From Octopus sinensis (taxonomy: Eukaryota), in the NCBI RefSeq assembly GCF_006345805.1, contig NC_043011.1:21216464-21280463 (forward strand): a stretch of DNA of 64,000 nucleotides. The letters are read 5' to 3'. Under the pieces are notes generated by a model, which was given only the letters and a program-made list of their open reading frames with translations, did not search any database and was not told the DNA's origin. Of the stretch, positions 53,279 through 64,000 are shown in pieces; within the stretch, counting starts at the first letter, position 1; every line of letters begins with the position of its first letter. Position numbers and translations under genes: made by a program.

Positions 53279-54147
53279 TACTAGGTCCGATCAATAAGTA
53301 CCCGGACTGTTGCCATAGAATCAAAGCTAAAGTATGCAGGGTGAATCCGCTTGGCACAGAATGACCTTGAAGTTTGTTGTACATGCGCACTAAGTATTAA
53401 CGTTCTAGATCACTTCCGCTGTTTACAGCAGTGCTTGGTAGGAAGGTGTGTAGCGTGTGATCATCGCATTGACCATGACAGAGAAAGTTGTCATGGCGAT
53501 ACTTGCTTAGAGGCGTTCGCAAAGTTGCAGAAAGTTTATGGAGAAGAGTGTATGAGCCGCACACAAGTGTACGAGTGGTTCAGACTTTTCCAAGATCGCC
53601 GAAAACTTGTCGATAGTGACGAACGTTCTGGGAGACCCGCAACCAGCAGAACAGAGAAAAGCATCACAGATGTGCGGGCAGCTGTGAGGGGAAATCGTCG
53701 AATCACCATCCGTGAGTTAGCAGAGGATGTGCAGATTAGTTATGGTTCAGTTGAGTCCATTATCACTGAAGACGTGGGTATGAGATGCGTTTCTGCCAAA
53801 TTTGTGCCAAAACTGCTTTCAGCTAACCAAAAAGACACTCGGGTTTCAGCCGCACAAAACCTCTTTGATTGTGTTGAGAACGATAAAAACCCTTTGAAAA
53901 CTTTGCGTAGGTCTCAGAGCAGGTATCACCAAGCTTTTGGCAAAATTTGATGCAAATTCTCTGCTCAACTTTCTATGCCATGCGACGTTCACACGCTACA
54001 CAGCTTCCTTCCAACGAAACAACGAAAATGAGGTAGAACATTAAAAACTAGTGCACATACACAGCAGAGTTTAAGGTCAATCTGTGCCAAGCGGCTTCAT
54101 TCTGCGTCCTTTAGCTTTGTTACTATGGCAGCAATCCGGATACTTAT
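53279..54147 (+). mobile_element. mariner derivative: 5' half joined to an inverted copy of the 5' end
   Basis: HTH peptide EAFAKLQKVYGEECMSRTQVYEWF..ERSGRP..VSAKFVPKLL; ~53900-54147 is the reverse complement of the left end, including EQRICIKFCQKLGDTCSETYAK. Confidence 0.85.
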
Positions 54148-54159
54148 ACATACATACAT

Positions 54160-54235
<76 letters not shown>

Positions 54236-54914
54236 ATAATAAGAGTAATAATTTCTATAAAGGCTTTTAAAAAAACCCCAATTATTTACTGGTAGAATTC
54301 GGTATGTAAATATAGCCGTATATATAATGTACATATACATATGTAGATAGATCAATAGTTCGGAAGGGAAAGGGAGAGAGGGGGAGAATTAAAAGCAGGA
54401 TTTCAAATTGCTTCTAAGTGGGGATACTTGGTTCTTTAGTTGTCACCTTAGGTCAAGTGGATTCTATGGTTCTCCAGCAAACACCAGTTCCTTCATTTAT
54501 AGCAGACAGGATGTTGACACCAGGTAGTTAGTGGTCTGTAGGAATCGAAATCTCAGCGACGGTAGTAACCACGTGGCGATATAGCCAATTTGGTATTGTC
54601 AGGTTACTAAGCATAATTTTAAACAGTGTAGTGAGTACTACTTTCTTTCGTTTTTTTCACCTACTCTTAATACTGCCCCACTCTTTATAGAGAGCGAATC
54701 ATAAATAAGGATAAATAGTTAAGGATGGAGATACGGCCCTCAATGAAGCTTGATTTACTACGCCTTATTGAAAAGTCGGAAAGTGTCATCGAATGCTCAT
54801 ACTTAATTACCTACTTCTTCGAGAACCTAACTACGAGCACACACGCAAATTCGGTTTAAAATTTCGATAATGTTCTCACGTGTTGAAATATCTTCATCAA
54901 AAAGTTAAGAGTAT

Positions 54915-55074
54915 AGGAGTGGCTGTGTGGTAAGTAGCTTGCTTACGAACTACACGGTTCCGGGTTCAGTCCCACTGCGTGGCACCTTAGGCAAGTGTCT
55001 TCTACTATAGCCTCGGGCCGACCAAAGCCTTATGAGTGGATTTGGTAGACGGAAACTGAAAGAAGCCCGTCGTA

Positions 55075-55121
<47 letters not shown>

Positions 55122-55325
55122 GTGTGTATATATTTGTGTGTCTGTGTTTGTCCCCCGGACATCGCTTGACAACCGATGCTGGTATGTTTACGTCCCCGTA
55201 ACTTAGCGGTTCGGCAAAAGAGACCGATAGAATAAGTACTAGGCTTACAAAGAATAAGTCCTGGGGTCGATTTGCTCGACTAATGGCGGTGCTCCAGCAT
55301 GGCCACAGTCAAATGACTGCAACAT
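54915..55325 (+). mobile_element. SINE family A
   Basis: Matches family A consensus. Confidence 0.88.
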
Positions 55326-55629
55326 CGTTCTAACTTCTTTTAAAAACTTTAAATATTTTAGCAATTAAACTGGTCATATTCTTTCCATTTTACGCTCAAA
55401 CAAGCCAGATCCAGCCAATTACACCTACACTATGACGTCATTCTAAGAGAAATACTGTCACGTTATTGAAATTTTGAAGCTGCAAAATAATGCGTGATTA
55501 ATTCAAAACAATCTGAATAAATAAGCATCACATTCAACAGCGTAATATGAATGCTAAAACAATTATATAGCATACTTTAAAAAAATCCCCCTATGTAAAC
55601 ATTCTCGGCGACAGAATTGTTTCACTTAC

Positions 55630-55726
55630 CAAACAGCATATCAATCGTTCCTCTCGAGGGTGGATCATCTTGGAATTCTTTCCTCCATTGTCTTGTATTT
55701 CCAAACAGATATTGGAGCAAATATTT
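55630..55726 (-). CDS. Candidate internal coding exon (hemopexin-blade-like)
   Basis: CAG|..KYLLQYLFGNTRQWRKEFQDDPPSRGTIDMLF(G)|GTAAGT; consensus donor; 97 nt. Confidence 0.4.
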
Positions 55727-56459
55727 CTGCTTAACAAACTACAGACGTTCCGCAGTGTTATATAATGTAATTGATTTACATTTCGTAAATGAAAATGTGT
55801 GTCTATAAACTCCATTTATATAGTATTAGTCTAAAATAAGTATGTTGGCTGTTACAGTTGAACGCAAAAGTTATTTTCAAATGTTATCAAGTAATAAATT
55901 ATGACAGATACTTGAGTATGTTTGCGTGCATACGTGTGCGTATCTACGTTCGTATATGTATAAATAATTGTATATGTGCATGTATGTACGTACGTACATA
56001 TGATGGTGTGTATATGTATATGTATATCAGCACGGATGTATATTCATGTATTACCTCCAGCTAAGTACAAATTCTTATCAGTCAAAGAAATATGAAAAAT
56101 TTAAAAACAAAACATCACTCGTATGTAGTAGAACTGTTATTATATTTTATACATACATCATGAATAATAATCAATAATAGCGCAAACAATTTCTAAAGTG
56201 TATATTTTAAATATTATTCCTTAAAATATTATTCCTTTACACGTCGTTGTTTTACGACATCGGTCTAGTTTGATGTAGAGTTTTTTTTCCTTCCTTTCAT
56301 CGCTGGTTTTCTAATTCATGACACGCGCCACATAACACGTAATATAAAACACCATTGAATTGAATTAATAATTAATTCCCCCCTCGCAAAAATATTAAAT
56401 TACATATTCACTTCCAACTAATATTTACTTACTACTATTAATAATATTAACTTTTAAAA

Positions 56460-56492
56460 TAGAATGACACTTCATATATATATATATATTAT

Positions 56493-56524
<32 letters not shown>

Positions 56525-56653
56525 CATACACACATACACACATACACACACAAATATATGTATATATATATATATACACACATATATATATATATGTATG
56601 TATACATATATATATATGTATATGTATATATATATGTATATATATATATGTAT

Positions 56654-56691
<38 letters not shown>

Positions 56692-56774
56692 GTACGTATA
56701 CATATATATGTATATGTATATGTATATATATATGTATATATATATGTATATATATATATGTATATATATATATG

Positions 56775-56838
<64 letters not shown>

Positions 56839-56840
56839 TA
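56460..56840. repeat. Compound TA/CA microsatellite
   Basis: Direct reading. Confidence 0.95.
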
Positions 56841-58779
56841 ATGTAAATATAATAGATTTTTTAAATATTAATCATTAAATAAAAACAAATGTAAACTCTC
56901 TCTGTATTTATGGGCGACTTTCTTTGCAAGAAATCATAAACATAAAATGTAAATAGTAACTCCCTACGACCAATCCTCTCCCCTCCGCCGCGTCGTGCTG
57001 GTTTTGTAACCGATTCTCTCTCTCGTTTCATATGTGTACGCAATTGTATATGCATATAAGAGTTTATTTACAAAGTGAGGTTAACAACGAATATAATTTA
57101 TGATACTCAACGTGTTTGAAAGATGCTGTCGCTCTCTGCAGAACAGACGAAATAAAAAGAAACCACTTCTACAGCGTTGATAATGATGGGCGAGTGAAGA
57201 CTCGTGCCGCAATGGCTGGGATGCTTTCGGCTCAAGATCATGAGGTCCTGGGTTCGATTTTTGAAGCGGGCAGTGCGTTCTGTCTATCAACAACACACTT
57301 CATTTCAGGTTATTCCAGTCTACTCAAATGAAAATGAGGTACCAGTTGACTGGTGCTGCTGCTGCTCTCTCTCCCTCCCCCTCTCTCTCTCACTCTCTCT
57401 CTCCAACTGACGGATAATCGCTGTCTTGCTGGATCAAGGCTGGGTGGGAAAGACTGTATTTATGTACGTACATGACTACATTGGGTTTTAAAACAACTAG
57501 CGAAAGTATAGTAAAAGCTGCTAAATCGTATTCACAAGTGATGGCCAAACTTTAACATACGTGTGCTTTTGTGTGTGTGTGTGTGTGGGTATGAGTGTGT
57601 GTCTGATTGTATGTGTGATTGTGTGTGTGTGTTCATGTACGATGATATTTAACTCGCTCGTGTTCACTCGAACGTAGGAAGACCTTTTGCTGCGGATATA
57701 GTGTCGGGAGAAATTCTCACTCATAGACAAAATGTGTGAAACTACATTTGTCTATGAATGACGTCATCGAACCATAGGACGCATGCGTTTCTGCGTTGTT
57801 ACGCACCGTCAGCTACGAATACTAAATTAGTTATTTACATCTAAATCAGAACGATAGTTTTGATATATCCAAGGACAGCAAACAGTAAATCTGCTGGCGT
57901 GTGTTAGGTTTGATCAACCTTGAATTAAGTCAATAAAGTAGTATGAAGCACCCTTGGATAAAATATAAGTACATGCAATGATATATAACACGTTCGTGTA
58001 CACTCGAACATGTGAAGTCCTTTCGCTGTAGAAATAATCTCAGGAGATTTTTCTCATATACTACGCATGAAAATACACTGAGCTGTGAATGATGTCACTG
58101 AACCGTGGGATTCATGCATTTCTGCGTTGTTCCATATCAAAGGTCATTATATGTTACACTTTATATATGTCTACTTAACATAAGTCAAACTTTCTCTCTC
58201 TCTCCCTTTCTCTCAAATTTGTGACCTGAATTGGTTAATTTATGTCCCATACTTTCATTCTCGCTCTCATTTTCTATTTCCCCTCATCCCTACCTCCACT
58301 CTCTCTTTATTGTGCATAGTCACAAAAAATGTCTTAAGTATCATGTCGTTAAATCTCGATATATTTAAATCTTCAAATTTTCTTGGATATATTGAATGAA
58401 AATATATTCTTATGTAATACATCTATAGAGAGCAAAGACTGGTTACATTCCAACTTAAATGGCATCGATGGCAGAAACTGATAAAATTCTCTCCTTGTTA
58501 TTCGAAGTAAGTCAACTTATTGATTCACCAATACGTGCTCTAGACGTCAGTAATCAAACAATCTCGATCTCTTTGATCTCTCTTTGATTACACAATCGTA
58601 ATCTTTGTGCTTTGACTTGTGTTATCTATGAGTAGTAGATCAGATCACTGCTTAGTCAAGTGATTACTGGATTACACAGTAAAGATTCTTTTGATATACC
58701 ATTACATTGGACTATGTTCACTTATTCTAAAGTGGATTGAAATGGGATCCATTCTCAGTTGGCGGATGTCCTACTTGGA

Positions 58780-58841
<62 letters not shown>

Positions 58842-59040
58842 CATTATCTTTTCAGATCTGGAGCATCAAAAGTTGCATCTCATATTTTTGACTTGATCCT
58901 GGATGGGAAGTGTTATTAAAACGTTCTCTCTGTAACGGGTTCAGCAACACTGCACGGCACTTTATCATTCACTAAAGACTCCGACCGATCAATGACTTGA
59001 GAGTGAATTTAGTAGACGGAAAGTGTGGAAGCTCGTCATA

Positions 59041-59668
59041 TACAGGTGTTGGACAAAATAATGGTGACACCTGGCATCGTAGAATCATAATTTTGAAATG
59101 TTTATAAAACCGTCAAAAGCTTGTTTGTTGTTATGTTTTTTGATTTATTATTAGTGTTGCTTAATATGTTCTTCCAAAAGTGCTGTTTCTTTTCAGATAT
59201 CATCAGATAAAAGTAATTAATGACAGCTCTATCGGACTTTCAAAGAGGTCAATTTATTGGTGCTCGTATGGAAGGCGCTAGCGTAACGAAAACAGCCGAA
59301 ATGCTTGGTGTATCAAGAAGTACTCTCTCGAATGTAATGAGCGCCTTTGAGAAAGAGGGAAAAACCTCCTCGTCGAAGCAAAACTCCGGAAGAAAACCAA
59401 AACTTTCAGATAGGGACCGTCAATGCGAATTGTTAGGATCACAAAAGTACAGCTCCCAAAATTACTGCAGAGCTTAATGACCATCCAGAGAACCCAGTTT
59501 CCCCAAAACCTGTTCGCTAGGAGCTGCACAAAGCCGGATTTCACAGGAGAGCTGCAATCAGAAAACCACTATTTACATAAACAAACATTGCAAAGCGTTT
59601 AGAGTGGAGCAAAAACCTACGGAATTGGTCCCTAGAGCAGTGGAAAAATGTTGTTTTATCGGAGGAGA
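59041..59668 (+). mobile_element. Tc1-like transposon, 5' part
   Basis: TA-CAGGTGTTGGACAAAATAATGG end; MTALSDFQRGQFIGARMEGASVTKTAEMLGVSRST..GRKPKLSDRDR; frameshift; truncated at the first catalytic motif. Confidence 0.9.
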
Positions 59669-59889
59669 AATAATATTCGTCATAGTCTATAGCACATCCA
59701 ACCTGATACATGGAGCTTCTCTTCCTTTATTTTATGTATTTGTCTTCACTCTGATGAAGCTCCATGTACCAAGTTGTTTGTAGGTTAGTAAAAACTAACA
59801 ATGAAACACTTTCGTTATATTCATAACATTAATTCCAATGCAAATCTTGAAAATTTCAATAAATACAAGTATCTCTTCTAGTAAACAAA

Positions 59890-59985
59890 ATTTATATATG
59901 GACCCACAAATTTTTTACTCGCGGACCCCCTTAAAGCTTCTGTGGACCCCTGGGTTTCCATGTGGACCCTGGTTGGGAAACACTG
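59890..59985. mobile_element. hAT-type transposon terminus
   Basis: GGACCC subterminal repeats ending GGTTGGGAAACACTG (CAGTGTTTCCCAACC TIR). Confidence 0.7.
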
Positions 59986-60961
59986 ATCTAAATCGTTCAA
60001 GACGATGCCCGATGCAAGTTTAGTGATTGAGACAAAACATAAAAAATAAAGATACCACTAACAAACCTTAACATTTAGCTATCGTTTAGAGAATGCGCGG
60101 GCTAAGACTACGCACCTTCACTAGTCTGTTAAGGTGAGACAGTGTTACGTGACAACTTGCTGGGGCTGTCTGCTGGAGCCTAGCGACAGGTATTTAAAGG
60201 GAAAAGTTTGACAAGTCAGTCAGTCACCGGCTGACACTCGCTGACGATACATCGGAGAGGCCAGGAAACAGAAGAAAGAAGACATGCACCCAACACCGGA
60301 GCTGAAGACACCTCCGAAAGGGGGGGGGGCTCCACGTCAAAGCGATAGAGGAGTAGGGGCCGAAACCGGACGTGGTTTCTCCTGATGATGTCTTGAGCTA
60401 ACTGGATCCTATAAAGGAGCTGTTGCGGTAGCAGACCATAAAACACGGTTGTAATTCCTCCTTTAGAATTCCACGTTTGATGCCTCTAACCATTTTACTT
60501 GATACTTTCATTCATGCTAGTTGCTTTATTTCTGACTTTGAAATACCAGTAAGGAGATTTCCAAACTTATAAATGGCTTAAATCAAATTTTTATCATTGC
60601 GATGAGAAACCAATCCCCTGACATATCTAAAATGTCTAACAAAGTTTTTCAAACGTTCTCTCAAAAAGAAGTGTTTCCTTAACATCTGAAAGAAGTTTGT
60701 AGTTTGTTCAATCTTTCAATAACTCTGGGCACCGTTCTACCCATCTCATTATAAGCTAATTAGTCCACTGAGCATCAAAAGTAATTTATTTGAATCTATC
60801 ACAGACAGGGCGTAATTAATCACTTGAGTAAAATTTATATTTTTTGTGACAAGCATTATGGTTTTCGATCTTCAAAGTCTACTGCTAAAAGAATCACAGT
60901 ATCACTTATAGGATATGTTGTAATAGTAACTTTGATGTTTGTATTATTCCTTTGACATTTT

Positions 60962-61355
60962 AAGGCGGCGAGATGGCAGAAACGTTAGCACGCCGGGGGA
61001 AATGCTTAGCGGTATTTCGTCTGCCGTTACGTACCGAGTTCAAATTCCGCCGAGGTCGACTTAGCCTTTCATCCTTTCAGGATCGATGAATTAAGTACCA
61101 GTTGCTTACTGGGGTCGATGTAATCGACTTAATCCGTTTGTCTGTCCTTGTTTGCCCCCTCTACATTTAGCCCCTTGTGGGTAGTAAAGAAATAGGTATT
61201 TCGTCTGTCTTTAGTTTCTGAGTTCAAATTCCGCCGAAGTCGACTTATCTGTTCTTCCTTTCGGGATCGATAAATTAAGTACTAGTTGCGTACTGGGATC
61301 GATGTAATCGACTATCTCCCTCCCCCAAATTTCAGGCCTTTTGCTCATAGTAGAA
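60962..61355 (+). mobile_element. SINE family B, partial tandem dimer
   Basis: Head-core then second core ..TGAGTTCAAATTCCGCCGAAGTCGAC.. Confidence 0.85.
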
Positions 61356-61515
61356 AGGATTATTCCTTTGACATTTCTATAGCATTTAGCAAGCTATGGC
61401 ATAGATGGCTGCTTTATAAATTAACCAGTAATAGCATATCATGCAGAGTTATTTTTTCTGTCATCAAATCATTCCTAATAAGCTCAAATGTTGCCATCAA
61501 CGGTTAGTCCTCTGA
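61355..61515 (+). mobile_element. LINE RT fragment (CR1/L2/Jockey-like)
   Basis: FDISIAFSKLWHRWLLYKLTSNSISCRVI..IKSFL..VAING resembles the D.SKAFD.VWH..LL.KL motif. Confidence 0.65.
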
Positions 61516-61641
61516 TATTTACGAAATCAATGCATACATGTGTGTGTGTGTGTGTTGTGTGTGTGTGTGTGTGGTGTGTGTGTGTGTGTGTGTGTGTTCA
61601 GAGATCTATGCTTTTCCCACTGTTTATCAATTTTTTGTACA

Positions 61642-62120
<479 letters not shown>

Positions 62121-62152
62121 ATTAGCTGACGATACTATACAATTTCATTAGT

Positions 62153-62945
62153 GAAGGCGCGTGGCTTAGTGGTTTGGGTATTCGGCACACAGTCGTGAGT
62201 TCAATTCCCGGCGGCGTGCTGTGCCCTTGAGCAAGACACTTTATTTCACTTTGCTCCAGTTCACTCGGCCGGCAAAAATGAGGTGCACTTGTAATTTAAA
62301 AGGCCAGCCTTGTCACATTCTGTGTTATGCTGAATCTCCCCGAGAACTACGTTAAGGATGAGCATGTCTGTGGAGTGCTCAGTTTGCTCTTTAATTTCAT
62401 GAGCAGGCTGATCCATTGATCGGATCATCTGGAACCCTCGTCGTCGTAACCAAGCTTTGCCAGTTTTGCAATTTCACTTAAAAGAGAGTCACATATTCCA
62501 AACGTGCAACAGTTCTTTTCTGTTATTTCACGAGGGTCATGCGAACAATGGTGTGTTACATTTAACATTTTCAAAACTAACCCAGAATCTTTTCTGCCAA
62601 CATTAGGAAAATCCCTATATTTCCCCTATCATATGAATGACCATAGGATTGCACCTATAAAGTTCTCTCCAGGGCATAAGTTTGAGCAATGTTGTTTATG
62701 GAAGACCGACAGTTGCCCATGCATACCAGTCTCTCTTCTCCATCACCGTTGTTATCCAATGGAAAAGCAAAGGGTGATACAGTTTGCCACTGGTGACATC
62801 GCAACTCATTTCTATAGCTGACTGAAATGGAGCAATGAGAAATAAGTATCTTGCTCAGGAACACAACACACAGCCCGGTCTGCGAATCGAACTCACTAAC
62901 TCGTGATTGTGAGCCCGATGCTCTAACCACTGAGCCATGAACCTT
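62153..62945. mobile_element. Two family C-type SINEs (62153-62460 plus, 62740-62945 minus)
   Basis: GGCGCGTGGCTTAGTGG..GTGAGTTCAATTCCC..CCTTGAGCAAGACACTT heads/cores. Confidence 0.75.
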
Positions 62946-62953
62946 CATACCTA

Positions 62954-62985
<32 letters not shown>

Positions 62986-63131
62986 CTGAAAACAACGCAC
63001 TGGTAACACCAAGTAGGACACAGTATTGACATAAACGTATTCGAATATGAAATGTAACTTTCGGTGCTGTCTCTAAAATTAATGAAAGTTCTATAGAGAT
63101 ACACTTAAAAATATATATAACTATCTTTTTT

Positions 63132-63186
<55 letters not shown>

Positions 63187-63194
63187 TATATATA

Positions 63195-63324
63195 GGGAGA
63201 GTTTACGAAAAAAAACAAAAGACAAAGACAGGTGGTGTACAAAACAAACAGATGTATTAGTATAACGCTCAGGAATAGAAAAAGTCTTTTACGTTTCGAG
63301 CCTACGCTCTTCTACAGAAAGGGA
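63195..63324 (-). mobile_element. Short PLE pLTR-like fragment in (TA)n with an HHR-like motif
   Basis: Minus strand CTGTAGA-A-GAGC-GTAG-GCTC-GAAAC-GTA; TA repeats on both sides. Confidence 0.5.
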
Positions 63325-63334
63325 TATATATATA

Positions 63335-64000
63335 TACAGGCTGTTCAAAAAGTTTCTCCACAGTGAATGTTTTTCATCGTGCGCATGCGCAACTTGGCTA
63401 TCACTGTGTGGGCACCCGGGTGTCAGCCATTGTCCCTCAGTCATTGTGCACCCTTCAGTGTGTCGACATGCTAACCATTGAAGAACGTACGTTTTTAGTT
63501 GAATGGGTGTTTCGAGCTGGAAACAAATACACAGATACTGTGAAGTAGAAGTTCAGTGAAACTTTTCCAAATACTGTTGTTCCACATCGTGACACTGTGC
63601 GGGATTTGATAAGAAAATACACAGGCTCAGTGTAAGACGCAGCAAGAAGCAGTAGGCCTACTGTTCTTTCGGACGAAACACTCCCCAAAATTTCTGATAA
63701 ACTGTAGGCAAGCCCGTCAAAGTCCTTACGTAAAATGTCACAGTAAACAGAAATCAGCCTAGGAAGTGCTCACACGGTAGTAAAAGAGAAATTATATTTC
63801 TTTCCATAAAAAGTGCTGGCCATTCAAGAATTGAAGACTATGGATCATGCTAAAAGGCTTCATTATTGTCATTGGTTCCAAAACTTTGTTGCCAAAAAAG
63901 GCATAGAAGTGCTGTATGGGTGTTTTTACATCGATGAGGCTTGGTTTCATCTGTCGGGATACATAAATTCACAAAACACAAGGTTATGGAGCATTGAGAA
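63335..64000 (+). mobile_element. Tc1/mariner (rosa/DD41D- or maT-like) transposon, degenerate, runs off window
   Basis: TA-CAGGCTGTTCAAAAAG end; MLTIEERTFLVE..PHRDTVRDLIRK..DEAWFHLSGYINSQNTRLWS with in-frame stops. Confidence 0.8.

Noticed and set aside
59700-59810. Hammerhead at CTGATGAAGCTCC...GAAAC
   Set aside because: Stem II cannot form; only a 13-bp inverted repeat (TACATGGAGCTTC/GAAGCTCCATGTA) is supported
60143-60475. Solo LTR or HHR (CTGACGA, CTGAAGA and CTGATGA motifs present)
   Set aside because: No matching TSD or terminal inverted end; none of the CUGANGA motifs has a pairing stem II plus GAAAC/NUH

Overview
AT-rich, microsatellite-saturated eukaryotic DNA. The repeat families look like octopus/coleoid cephalopod (inference from recalled SINE/LINE families, not a database result). 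Almost the whole window is transposon-derived: tRNA-type SINEs, RTE LINE fragments, Tc1/mariner, piggyBac, hAT and Helitron remnants. Nearly all listed ORFs are microsatellite translation artefacts. The main signal is a set of hammerhead-ribozyme (HHR) retroelements inserted in (TA)n. (i) A near-full-length Penelope-like element (PLE; RT + C-terminal GIY-YIG, probably Hydra clade) at 14.8-21.3 kb and a 5'-truncated relative at 22.9-26.3 kb; each has an inverted pLTR fragment, and together they carry five type I HHR copies with a long stem II and a palindromic stem III. (ii) A non-coding 352-bp-monomer retrozyme with a canonical HHR at 9.8-10.3 kb. (iii) A 131-bp palindrome built from an HHR at 7.9 kb. 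(iv) Two fragments of a third PLE family whose linker is filled by different trinucleotide repeats. Other points: an ORF1-only LINE, a possible decayed HDV-like ribozyme in an RTE 5' UTR, and a few minus-strand exons that may belong to a hemopexin-like host gene. Coordinates were counted by eye and may be off by a few bases.
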